A stretch of DNA of 64,000 nucleotides, from NCBI GenBank assembly GCA_965276005.1, contig OZ254962.1, positions 1,887,809-1,951,808 on the forward strand. Direction: 5' to 3'. Source of the stretch: Alphaproteobacteria bacterium (GTDB lineage: Bacteria; Pseudomonadota; Alphaproteobacteria; JAQWUY01). Positions 1 through 9,447 of the stretch are shown piece by piece (position 1 is the first letter of the stretch; each line of letters begins with the position of its first letter). Both the position numbers and the translations under genes were made by a program. The notes beneath the pieces are model-generated. The model saw only the letters and a list, made by a program, of their open reading frames with translations. It was not told where the DNA came from and ran no database searches.

Positions 1-670
1 TGCCATTGCCCAGTTAAAAAGACTGTATACAAAAGCCAAAACAAAACCCACTGTTGTAGAAATCGACAGCACTGGTGGGGTGACCGATTTCGGCATGGAC
101 TTAGGGGCATTTATTGCCGATAATAGCCTTGATGTACGGGTGTTAGGTATGTGTTTTTCGTCCTGTGCCAACTTTGTGTTTCCTGCGGGTAAAACGACTT
201 ACATCGGTAAAAATGCCTTTGTTGGCTGGCACGGGGACGGTACCAGCAGCGACATATACAGCCAAATAAAATACGGTATAGGTCCCGAACAGTCGTTACG
301 CACGGCACTGATTGAAATGTACGACCGCATGGGACAGAAATACACGGAAAAAGAATTGCAACGAGAAACCGCCACACAGCTCCGATATATCGATCGACAA
401 AAGGCTCAAGAGGATACATTTTACAAAAAATACAACATAAGCCCGCAACTTGCCCGTTACCCGCACATGACAGAAGCAGGTAGACAGGATCTGGAAAACA
501 GCCCCCAAAACAGTATGGGCTGGACATACACCCCAGAAGTTTTAAAACAACTGGGGGTAAATCTGGTGCTGATAGACAACACATGGGTGTTCGATACGGA
601 TACTTACGACAAGCAAAAACCCCATTTTATGGGGGCAACTCTGCATTTGATTCGGGAGATCAAACAATAA
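1..670 (+). CDS. ClpP/S49-fold serine protease-like protein, 5'-partial (reading frame is open to the window start)
   Basis: Frame is open from nt 2. The motif '...VVEIDSTGGVTDFGMDLGAFI...VRVLGMCFSSCANFVFPAGKTTYIGKNAFVGWHG' resembles the ClpP/SppA-type GG...G.A.S.G...AG core. The track ORF 80..670 is only the ATG-truncated form. Confidence 0.4.
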   Translation, partial: AIAQLKRLYTKAKTKPTVVEIDSTGGVTDFGMDLGAFIADNSLDVRVLGMCFSSCANFVFPAGKTTYIGKNAFVGWHGDGTSSDIYSQIKYGIGPEQSLRTALIEMYDRMGQKYTEKELQRETATQLRYIDRQKAQEDTFYKKYNISPQLARYPHMTEAGRQDLENSPQNSMGWTYTPEVLKQLGVNLVLIDNTWVFDTDTYDKQKPHFMGATLHLIREIKQ

Positions 671-715
671 ATTTCATTTTGTGGCTTGTTTTGTGAGTCT
701 AGGGGGCTATCGCCC

Positions 716-2116
716 TCAGCGGTTGCAACCGCTGGCTTTCTTGTTACGCATATGTGCATATGGATTTTGCGATTTTCTCAACAGCACCCTTAACGGCACG
801 CCCCACAAGTGAAAATCTTCCCGTAACCCCTGTGCCAAGTACCGCACATAGCTTTGGGGCATGTCATGCGGCATCGACACACTTACATAAAAGGTGGGCG
901 GACGGGTTTTAATTTGGCTCATATAGCGAATTTTTAACCGCCGCCCCGCCACCAAAGGCGGCGGGTGGTGTTGCGTTTTATAGCGGAGCCAGTTGTTTAA
1001 TTTTGCGGTGGAAACCCGCATATTCCACACTTCGAACGCCTCGAATACCGCCTGCATCAACTGTTTGATATTACGACCATTTAAGGCGGACAGGGGTACA
1101 ACCGGTACGCCCCGCACTTGTGGCAAAGATGTTTGTACCCGTTGTTTTATCTGCTGTAAAGTATTGTGTTTATCCTTGACAATATCCCATTTGTTGGCAC
1201 CGATAACCAACGCCCGCCCTTCTTCTATGACCGTTTGGGCGATCGATAGGTCTTGTTTTTCCAAGCCCTGCTGCATATCGACAAGCAACACCACCACTTG
1301 GGCAAATTTAATCGCCCGTATGCTGTCAGCGGCGGCAAGTTTTTCGATCTTTTCCGATACCCGCCCCCGTTTTCTAAGCCCTGCTGTGTCGACCAAGCGG
1401 ACTTTTCTATCGAAAATATCAAAGTCAGAGGCGATGCTATCACGGGTAATACCCGCCTCTGGTCCAGTAAGCATTCTGTGTTCGCCCAAATAGCTGTTGA
1501 CCAAAGTGGATTTTCCCGCATTCGGTCGCCCTACGATTGCCATGTGCAGGGGGCGAGATAGGACAACCGCATCGTCCGCCTGTTCACCCCTGTCGACAAA
1601 CATATCTGTATCTGTTGGCATTTGAAAATTGTGGTGCTGTAACGCATCGTATAAATCGCCCATGCCTTCGCCGTGTTCGGCAGATATAGCCACCACATCG
1701 CCCAACCCCAAAGCATACGCCTCAGCAATATCCGCTACAAAGTGTTTTTTTTCGCATTTGTTTGCCACCAAAACAATGGGGGTGTGTTGCTTGCGTAAAA
1801 ACCGGGCAAAGTGTGCATCAAGAGGGGTTACCCCCTCACGGGCGTCGATCAGCATCAGTACCACATCCGCATCGGCAATCGCCGCTTCTGTTTGCCCCTG
1901 CATACGGGATTCAAGGCTGTTGTCGAGGGCTTGTTCCAGACCTGCTGTATCGATAACCGTAAATTTTAAATCGGCGATTTTGCCATCGCCAACCCGTCTG
2001 TCCCGGGTTACGCCGGGGGTGTCGTCAACGATTGCCAAGCGTTTACCCACCAAGCGATTGAACAATGTAGATTTGCCCACATTGGGTCGCCCCACTAAAC
2101 ATACAGTAAGCCCCAT
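716..2116 (-). CDS. der: Ribosome-associated GTPase Der (EngA), two tandem GTPase domains plus KH-like C-terminus
   Basis: 466 aa. Two G1 motifs (GRPNVGKST and GRPNAGKST), DTAG motifs, NKCE/NKWD G4 motifs. Typical Der length and architecture. Confidence 0.92.
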   Translation of the reverse strand: MGLTVCLVGRPNVGKSTLFNRLVGKRLAIVDDTPGVTRDRRVGDGKIADLKFTVIDTAGLEQALDNSLESRMQGQTEAAIADADVVLMLIDAREGVTPLDAHFARFLRKQHTPIVLVANKCEKKHFVADIAEAYALGLGDVVAISAEHGEGMGDLYDALQHHNFQMPTDTDMFVDRGEQADDAVVLSRPLHMAIVGRPNAGKSTLVNSYLGEHRMLTGPEAGITRDSIASDFDIFDRKVRLVDTAGLRKRGRVSEKIEKLAAADSIRAIKFAQVVVLLVDMQQGLEKQDLSIAQTVIEEGRALVIGANKWDIVKDKHNTLQQIKQRVQTSLPQVRGVPVVPLSALNGRNIKQLMQAVFEAFEVWNMRVSTAKLNNWLRYKTQHHPPPLVAGRRLKIRYMSQIKTRPPTFYVSVSMPHDMPQSYVRYLAQGLREDFHLWGVPLRVLLRKSQNPYAHMRNKKASGCNR

Positions 2117-2160
2117 AGTTTTACCTTATTCGAGATACAAAATTTGACATGCAAAATTTT

Positions 2161-2760
2161 TTATATGCCTTGCAAAATAGCCATTGCTAACGATTTGTAT
2201 TCTTGTGCCGCATCGGCACTGTCAACAAGGCTTTGCAAGATGTCCGCTGCTTGTTGTGTATCGCCAGATTTCAACAATATTTCGGCTTTGGTCAGCTTCG
2301 CCAAATCGCCAAATACCAGCGATTGGATGAGATGTGTCGGCACGGTCGTTGTTTTGCCCGCCTCAATTTCTATCCAAATTGCCGACAGCTGGGCATATTG
2401 TCGATGTATGGGAACTGTAGTTTGTGCGGCATAAGTATTTAAAGTCTGTATGGCATCGTCATACTTTTTGTCGTCTGTTAAGAGTTTTGCCTTATTGATG
2501 ACCGCTATAAATTGTACCCCATCTGCACTGTTGGCAATCACCGTATCCAAAGCAGACACATCGCCCAACGCTTTATCGAGTGCCACATTCTGCGATTCCA
2601 TTTTTTTCGCCGCCGCCGAAGTATACCACGAATACCCCCCAGTCGCCGCCACAATAGCCACCGCCCCACCGACAATCAAGTATTTAAACCGGTGCCAAAG
2701 CGTTACCAGTTTTTCGTCTTTAATATCTTGGTTGACTTCATCAATAAATTGTTTAGACAT
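2161..2760 (-). CDS. YfgM-like (UPF0070) membrane-anchored TPR-like protein
   Basis: 199 aa with a single N-terminal TM (LIVGGAVAIVAATGGY) and a helical C-terminus. Lies immediately upstream of der, as in the conserved yfgM-bamB-der neighbourhood. Confidence 0.5.
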   Translation of the reverse strand: MSKQFIDEVNQDIKDEKLVTLWHRFKYLIVGGAVAIVAATGGYSWYTSAAAKKMESQNVALDKALGDVSALDTVIANSADGVQFIAVINKAKLLTDDKKYDDAIQTLNTYAAQTTVPIHRQYAQLSAIWIEIEAGKTTTVPTHLIQSLVFGDLAKLTKAEILLKSGDTQQAADILQSLVDSADAAQEYKSLAMAILQGI

Positions 2761-2863
2761 GCTGTTTTCCCCAATATGTATCCTGCAAACAGAGTATACT
2801 ATGTACCACCCCCTTTTACAATGTTTTTTTTATGACATGTTGGCTACGATACTGTTAAACCCG

Positions 2864-4501
2864 TTACAAAAACGCTGTAACAATTTGCGGCACAAACAGT
2901 ATGGTCATGAGTACGATTAACTGCATGCCGATAAACGGCAAGAAGCCCCGAAAAATGTCGACTAAAGTGATGTGGGGCGGGGCTACGGATTTTAGATAAA
3001 ACGCCGCTGGTCCAAATGGGGGCGATAGGAAGCTGACCTGCATATTGACACAAAACAGGATACCAAACCACACTTGTACCATAGTGCGACTGTCCAGTCC
3101 CCCCGTTAGTCCTAGTTCGTCCATAGGTAACTTTAACACGATGGGCAAAAACACCGGCATCACCAACAACACAATCCCCGTCCAATCCATAAACGCCCCG
3201 AGCACCAAAAACACCAACATCATAATCAGCAAAATCCCCATAGTGGGCAAGTCGTATCCCAATATTAAATTCGCCACAAAAGTAGGTCCGCCAACGATGG
3301 TATATGCCCCGCTTAATGCCGCCGCCCCAAAAGTCACCCAAATGATAGTACCCGTAGATTTAAAAGTACGCATCGACGCCTGTTTAAGCACATCAAAACT
3401 AAATTCCCCCCGTAAAACAATCAGTATAAATACGGCAAATGCCCCCAGTGCCGCCGCTTCGGTAATCGAAGTTACACCGCCATAAATAGACCCCAACACA
3501 ATAAACACAACGCCGATCGGCTGAATAATCCCCTTCGTATGGTGCCAAGTTTCCTTGATGAGTGCCACCCCAAACGCCCGCAACGCAAACACAACACACG
3601 CCGCAAACACAGGCAAACCCACATACAAATGATACGGGTTTAACACCGTATCCGGATGTAAATCCGCCGATGAGGACAACACCCAATACCGCACCGCCAA
3701 AAACAACGCCAGCCCGCCGATACATTCGATGCCGATAACTTTTCCATACGCCCGCATTTGGCTGCCCGTCATATCGTCGTCAGAAGGATCAGGCAACGGT
3801 GCCAATGCAGGATTTATATTTGTCCGCACAAGAATATACAAAATATACAAAGACGCCAGCATAAAGCCCGGTAAAAATGCCGCTTTAAACAACGCACTGA
3901 CCGATGTTTCGGTTACCAATCCATAAAAAATAAGCACAATCGACGGGGGAATCATCGTCCCCAACGACCCAGACGCACAAATAGTACCAATCGCCAAGTT
4001 TTGATTATAGCCAAGCCGTAACATCTGCGGCAAGGCAATTAAACCCAGCAACACCACTTCGCCACCGATAATGCCAGACATCGCCGCCATCACTACCGCC
4101 ATTAACGAAGTTACAACCGCTACGCCGCCACGAATACGGGACAGCCAAACACTAAACGAAGTATACATGTCTTTGGCAATGCCGGATCGCTCAAGCAACG
4201 CCGCCATAAAAATAAACAGCGGCACCGATATAATGACATAATTGGTGGTAATGCCGTATAACTTCTGGGCAAGGATACTCATCGGACCGCTGCCAAATCG
4301 GCGGGTAAGCGTGCCTTCGCCGATTTTCCACGCCTCGAAATCGAGCCCGTGTACAAACGGATCCGTAAACAGGGTGGGCTCGAATTTTAAAATCATCACC
4401 ACCGCCGCCAAAAAACCAGAGGCAAACCCAAGTGGCATACCAATTGCCAACAAAGCAAACATCGCCATCAGCGTTATCAGTGATATAGTCCCCACATCCA
4501 T
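2864..4501 (-). CDS. dctM: TRAP transporter large permease subunit (DctM family)
   Basis: Polytopic ~545-aa protein; TRAP DctM is the best fit. Real start is probably the internal Met (MDVGTISL...) at 4501; the longer track ORF 2864..4564 runs into the dctQ stop. Confidence 0.8.
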   Translation of the reverse strand: MDVGTISLITLMAMFALLAIGMPLGFASGFLAAVVMILKFEPTLFTDPFVHGLDFEAWKIGEGTLTRRFGSGPMSILAQKLYGITTNYVIISVPLFIFMAALLERSGIAKDMYTSFSVWLSRIRGGVAVVTSLMAVVMAAMSGIIGGEVVLLGLIALPQMLRLGYNQNLAIGTICASGSLGTMIPPSIVLIFYGLVTETSVSALFKAAFLPGFMLASLYILYILVRTNINPALAPLPDPSDDDMTGSQMRAYGKVIGIECIGGLALFLAVRYWVLSSSADLHPDTVLNPYHLYVGLPVFAACVVFALRAFGVALIKETWHHTKGIIQPIGVVFIVLGSIYGGVTSITEAAALGAFAVFILIVLRGEFSFDVLKQASMRTFKSTGTIIWVTFGAAALSGAYTIVGGPTFVANLILGYDLPTMGILLIMMLVFLVLGAFMDWTGIVLLVMPVFLPIVLKLPMDELGLTGGLDSRTMVQVWFGILFCVNMQVSFLSPPFGPAAFYLKSVAPPHITLVDIFRGFLPFIGMQLIVLMTILFVPQIVTAFL

Positions 4502-4523
4502 TTTGCCATTCCTCTTATTTTTT

Positions 4524-5243
4524 TCAATCAAGTATATTGTCTTCAAATGGCACCGCTGCCACATGGAAATCCCGTATCAGCCCAACAACAACCGCCACAA
4601 TTACCACCAGCAATCCCGCACTTATACCATATCGCCATATATCGGGAATACTCGATTCCACCCCACGGGTACCCAACAACAAACCTATAGCATACACGCA
4701 ACATACGACCACAAGCACAGTTACGCACACATCATATAGCTTACGAACAAGTGCAGGCAACCGCCAATCACGGATAAAATTAGACACCGCTTGTAGGCTA
4801 AACAGCAACAACAACACCAATATTAACATTCTGTTTGTGGCGGGAATCGGTGGGTCAAAAAAAGTACCGAATCGCTCCCATGTGAAAAATTTTCTGACGG
4901 TGCTGTTTAACCCGCCCCAGACAACCCAAAACACAAAAAACAACAAACACAGAGTCGACAAAATATCAAACACCCGTTTTAGCCACAACGGTGCCATATC
5001 ATATATGATGGAAATGCGAATATGGCTGCGTTGCTGCATAGCGTACAAACCGGCAAACAAATATATAAATCCCCCCAGCCACAAGGCGGTTTCATTTATC
5101 CACATGGTGGATGACACAAATATATATCGATATGTAATGTCCAGCAACATAAGACAAATAATCGCTGCGGGGAGCCACATGGCAACACGGCTGGACCATA
5201 TGGACAAAGTATCCATAGGTCCATTTTGACGGTGTTCATACAT
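4524..5243 (-). CDS. dctQ: TRAP transporter small permease subunit (DctQ family)
   Basis: About 4 TM segments. Sits between the DctP and DctM genes in the canonical dctPQM order. Confidence 0.65.
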   Translation of the reverse strand: MYEHRQNGPMDTLSIWSSRVAMWLPAAIICLMLLDITYRYIFVSSTMWINETALWLGGFIYLFAGLYAMQQRSHIRISIIYDMAPLWLKRVFDILSTLCLLFFVFWVVWGGLNSTVRKFFTWERFGTFFDPPIPATNRMLILVLLLLFSLQAVSNFIRDWRLPALVRKLYDVCVTVLVVVCCVYAIGLLLGTRGVESSIPDIWRYGISAGLLVVIVAVVVGLIRDFHVAAVPFEDNILD

Positions 5244-5346
5244 TTTTGGTATCTCTCTATTACATATGGGTATGGCTTATGGTATATATTTTAAAACGAC
5301 AGGCAACACGGATATACTATCCGCATTGCTTGTATCGTTGTTGTGA

Positions 5347-6381
5347 CTAGTCGATGGCACCAATCTTTTTCAAGTAAGCTTTGTGGTTTGCAACCAATGC
5401 TTTTGCTTCTGGAGTTGTGGCAAATTCAGGCCAAGTGGCAACCGCCGCCTCCCGGAATTTACGGACATCTTCGGCAGACCATGTGGATACAGTGATACCT
5501 TGTTTACGCAACGCATCCGCCGCTTCTGCGTTCTTTTGTCTAAATGTTGTTACCACATTCAAGGACAACGCCTTTGCAGCGGTTTTTAAAATTGCCTGCT
5601 GTTGATTGGTCAAGGAGTCCCAAACCTCTGTATTACACGCCAAGTGTTCGGTCGGCATAGAGTGGAACCCCGGATAGTTTGTATACTTGGCAATGTCGTA
5701 CATACCGCCATTTTTGTTTACCGCTAATTGAGAATAATCGGCACCATCGATCATTTTGGTTTCCATAGCAGTATACACTTCGGCGAAGTCCATTACAATC
5801 GGCTTGGCACCTAATTTTTCAAAAATCTTAGGCTCCATACCGGGGGGGGAACGGAATTTCCATCCTTTTAAGTCTTCGATACCTGCAATCGGACGGGTAG
5901 AACTTAGGGATTCATGGTCAGGTACAAACACGCCCACCAAAGTCATACCATAACTGTCATACAATGCTTGTGCGGCTTTGTTGCCACCACCGGTATAAAA
6001 CCATTCCAGCTGTTGATATGGGGACGCATATCCGCCCATAATATCCGAAACAAATTGGAACGCTGGATTTTTACCCGTTTGGTATCCGACACCTGTCATG
6101 TCGCAGTCGAGTACCCCATTCATCGCTGCATCAAATGTTTCTGTGGACTTTACCACAGCAGCGGAATAAAACATTTCTAATGTTAAATCGCCATTCGACA
6201 TGGCCGCCACATTTTTCGCAAATGCTTTATATAAAATGCCAAAATCTGATGTTTCTGCGAAGTGGGTTTGCACCCGTAAAGTTGTCCCCGCAAGGGCAGT
6301 CGTTGCCAACAGACCCATAGCCCCTGCAGCGATTATAGTTTTTCTTAAAAATTTCATAGTATTTGCTCTCTTGTCGTTCAT
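5347..6381 (-). CDS. dctP: TRAP transporter solute-binding protein (DctP family)
   Basis: 344 aa with a signal peptide (MKFLRKTIIAAGAMGLLATTALA) and TRAP SBP-like sequence. First gene of the dctPQM operon. Confidence 0.85.
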   Translation of the reverse strand: MNDKRANTMKFLRKTIIAAGAMGLLATTALAGTTLRVQTHFAETSDFGILYKAFAKNVAAMSNGDLTLEMFYSAAVVKSTETFDAAMNGVLDCDMTGVGYQTGKNPAFQFVSDIMGGYASPYQQLEWFYTGGGNKAAQALYDSYGMTLVGVFVPDHESLSSTRPIAGIEDLKGWKFRSPPGMEPKIFEKLGAKPIVMDFAEVYTAMETKMIDGADYSQLAVNKNGGMYDIAKYTNYPGFHSMPTEHLACNTEVWDSLTNQQQAILKTAAKALSLNVVTTFRQKNAEAADALRKQGITVSTWSAEDVRKFREAAVATWPEFATTPEAKALVANHKAYLKKIGAID

Positions 6382-6564
6382 AAAGTTACACTATACACAA
6401 GGTAACGGATTTACCTTGTTACCCATATGAAATACATACATATTTCATATAAATCTATTCCTAATGTGCAACGCACTATACCATATCAAAAAAACACTGT
6501 CAAGGACCCTATATGGTAAGGCATCACACTATCGTACACCGGTGCTGTACACTTTTGCTTGCGG

Positions 6565-7863
6565 CTACTGCCACTCTGTGCCGTGCGGGTAGGCAAATCG
6601 GGCAATGCTTTCTGGTTTAATATCGGCTGTGTATCCCGGTGCTGTGGGGGCGATGTAGCGGCTGTTTTTTATTGCCGCTGCATTGTTAAAATGTTCGCCC
6701 AAGTGATTCACATACTCGATAACCCGCCCCTGCATAGTACCGGATATACACAGATAATCGATCATCGACAAGTGCTGTACATATTCGCACAGCCCGATAC
6801 CGCCCGCATGGGGACATACTATCTTGCCAAATTTGTGTGCCATCATCATCACCGTGATAATTTCATTAACCCCAGCAATACGGCACGAATCAATCTGTAC
6901 CACATCGATGGCATCGGCTTGTAAGAACTGTTTAAACATCACCCGGTTATGACAGTGTTCGCCCGTTGCCACTTGTGTGGGGGCAACGGCTGCACGGATG
7001 GCTTTGTGTCCCAGTATATCGTCTGGGCTGGTGGGTTCTTCGATAAACCAAGGGTTAAATTGTTGCAACGCATTGACCCAGTCGATGGCTTGCTGCACAT
7101 CCCAGTTTTGGTTGGCGTCGATCATTAACTTTATATTGTCGCCAATCACTTCACGGGCAATGCGACAGCGCCGTATATCGTCTTGTAAATCGATACCTAC
7201 CTTCAGTTTAATATGCGTCCAGCCGTCATCGACGCATTGCTGACACAACCGCCGTAGTTTATCATCTGGATAGCCAAGCCAACCCGCAGAGGTGGTATAT
7301 GCCGGGTATCCGTGTTGTTTTAAATAGGCGATTCGCTCCGCTTTACCGTCAGCGGATTTTTGCAACATCGCCAGCCCTTGTGCACGGGTCAACACATCGG
7401 ATATGTACGAGTAATCGAGACAATCGTTTAGCTGTTCGGGGGACATATCCGCTACCAATTGCCAGACGGGTTTTTTTGCCGCTTTTGACCATAAATCCCA
7501 AATAGCATTCACAATCGCCGCCGATGCCAAGTGCATGACGCCCTTATCGGGACCCAACCATCGTAGTTGGCTGTCGCCACTGGTGATGTGTTTCCACACT
7601 TGTCCCATGTTGGTGGTTATATCTGATAAAGTTTTACCCACAAGCAAATGTGCCATCGCCTCAATGGCACGACAACACACATCATTGCCCCGCCCAATAG
7701 TAAAGGTCAGCCCTTTACCCTGTAAACCGTCCGTATCCGTATGCAGCACCACATGGGCGGCAGAATAATCGGGGTCTTTGTTAATCGCATCAGATCCGTC
7801 CAGATGTTTCGATGTGGGAAAACGAATATCATCGGTGGTAATATGGGTTATGGTAATAGGCAT
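6565..7863 (-). CDS. Enolase-superfamily dehydratase, L-fuconate dehydratase-like (mandelate racemase/muconate lactonizing family)
   Basis: 432 aa. N-terminus 'ITHITTDDIRFPTS' matches the FucD-type N-terminus. MR/MLE metal-binding region present (KLKVG, IDANQNW, EEP). Confidence 0.75.
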   Translation of the reverse strand: MPITITHITTDDIRFPTSKHLDGSDAINKDPDYSAAHVVLHTDTDGLQGKGLTFTIGRGNDVCCRAIEAMAHLLVGKTLSDITTNMGQVWKHITSGDSQLRWLGPDKGVMHLASAAIVNAIWDLWSKAAKKPVWQLVADMSPEQLNDCLDYSYISDVLTRAQGLAMLQKSADGKAERIAYLKQHGYPAYTTSAGWLGYPDDKLRRLCQQCVDDGWTHIKLKVGIDLQDDIRRCRIAREVIGDNIKLMIDANQNWDVQQAIDWVNALQQFNPWFIEEPTSPDDILGHKAIRAAVAPTQVATGEHCHNRVMFKQFLQADAIDVVQIDSCRIAGVNEIITVMMMAHKFGKIVCPHAGGIGLCEYVQHLSMIDYLCISGTMQGRVIEYVNHLGEHFNNAAAIKNSRYIAPTAPGYTADIKPESIARFAYPHGTEWQ

Positions 7864-8061
7864 GGGTACATTCCTTCTCTACACTCTCTATATATAAAAC
7901 ACAATTTTACATATAATTTTTAAAAAAGGCAATACATTTTTTACGAATACGCAAAAAAAACACACCATTTTTATGTGTGTGCTTTATCGATACCCAAAAA
8001 TCGCACAAAAAAGGGCGATTTAATCGCCTGATTTTAAACGGTAGCTAAAACTACACAAAAA

Positions 8062-8093
8062 AGGGGGCAGCTCAATTGCCACCCCGCTTTTTT
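8062..8093 (-). terminator. Rho-independent terminator downstream of the porin gene (bidirectional-looking; A-run on one side, T-run on the other)
   Basis: aaaaaaGGGGGCAGctcaatTGCCACCCCgctttttt. A second hairpin, GGCGATTtAATCGCC plus a T-run, lies at about 8017-8035. Confidence 0.5.
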
Positions 8094-8122
8094 CAAGAAC
8101 AACTCGGTTGTCAGTCTTCGCA

Positions 8123-9112
8123 TTAGAAGCTGATTTTTGTACCGATGTAAGTTGTTTTCTTTTCGCCATCTTTTTTGTCTTCGACGGTCACTTTCAGACC
8201 TTCGGCAACAGTGTAGTTTGCAGTGATTGTGGTTTTCTTTGTTTTATCCGCATTGGGTTTGGTTTCTGTACCATATTTCACATCCCAGTTAGATGCGGCA
8301 TACTTCAATGACATACCTGTACCTGAGTTGCTACCTACTTTTCTTGAAGCATACTCAAAGGTTATACCGCTCATGCCACCGCTAAGTTTCCAGCCACTTT
8401 CTTTCACTTTTTCGCCACCAGTAGTAACATCCTCGGAACCATAGCCGAATCCGATGTCAGCACCAGAGAACGCTCCCTCATACTTGATACCAAAGCCACG
8501 GGGATCTTTTTCTCCTCCACCATAAGTGTAGCCGCCAGAGAAGCCAGAGAACGAAGGACTGGTGTAAGTTATGGCACTATTCATACTTTCGGTACCCACA
8601 TCACCTCCAACTGCTTTGTTGGCAAAGGAATCATGATGCCCCAAGTCTACACGCCCCCAAGACCCAGAAACGAACGCAGAAGCCTCAGACTTCGTTGGCT
8701 CGTAATCGCCAATGGTAGCAGCTACATCACCGGTGAGTGCACTATCTGTGCCAACATAATTATCTTTGACTGTGCCTACCTTAGACCCATTATCGCTTAG
8801 AACATCTCTGTCTTCTTCCTCGTTATCAATACTAAGTCCACGGGTATCCTCAAAGTTAAGATGCGTATTCTCAGAAGTTGCATTGCCAACCTTTACTTTG
8901 TAAGTACCGCCAAAAGTCAAACCGCTAGAGGTGGTCTTAGAGTCAGAAAAAACGACTTCACCAGAGGTGCCAAAGCGCTTGCCTTTCTCCACCCCATTCT
9001 TTTCACTTTGGTCTGCAGTGTAGTACCTAGTTGTTACGGAACCGGATACAGTTGCCGCAAACGCAGAGCCGGCAAATGCCAACGCTGTTGCTACTAATAG
9101 AATTTTTTTCAT
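8123..9112 (-). CDS. Outer-membrane porin (alphaproteobacterial general porin-like beta-barrel)
   Basis: Signal peptide MKKILLVATALAFAGSAFA. Gly/Ser/Thr-rich with alternating beta-strand pattern. C-terminal Phe (…GTKISF). Confidence 0.6.
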   Translation of the reverse strand: MKKILLVATALAFAGSAFAATVSGSVTTRYYTADQSEKNGVEKGKRFGTSGEVVFSDSKTTSSGLTFGGTYKVKVGNATSENTHLNFEDTRGLSIDNEEEDRDVLSDNGSKVGTVKDNYVGTDSALTGDVAATIGDYEPTKSEASAFVSGSWGRVDLGHHDSFANKAVGGDVGTESMNSAITYTSPSFSGFSGGYTYGGGEKDPRGFGIKYEGAFSGADIGFGYGSEDVTTGGEKVKESGWKLSGGMSGITFEYASRKVGSNSGTGMSLKYAASNWDVKYGTETKPNADKTKKTTITANYTVAEGLKVTVEDKKDGEKKTTYIGTKISF

Positions 9113-9447
9113 TCTTGTTTCCTTCTTAAAAATCGAAAAAATTAATTAAAATCTCAAGGGCATCCACAAACAAAAGAATCCGTCAACACCCCCATACCAA
9201 GACCCCAAAACCAGCATTCAGCCGCTATTCGGTCAAGGCACCCGTGCCGCCTGACACAGAACAGGGACACCATACACCCGCTAATGTGTATGTGCAAATG
9301 TTAAGACGCCTTGACATGCAAAAAACATGTTGGGTGTGATTTTTTTGCAACACCCGCATAGTATTTTTATTATACAAACACAAAATAACATGTTATAGTA
9401 AGGCTACATTTAACTTACAACAACTGTTTTAAAAGACTCTGAAGCTT

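Noticed and set aside
993-2147. Several 60-170-aa ORFs on both strands inside der (for example 993..1493, 1629..2147)
   Set aside because: They are fully nested in, or antisense to, a high-confidence conserved GTPase gene. They show no motifs and no translation signals.
5833-5840. G8 homopolymer inside dctP, and C8 inside addB (62853..62860)
   Set aside because: Both lie within intact, full-length reading frames of conserved genes. 8-mers are at the margin of slippage-proneness, and nothing suggests they act as switches.
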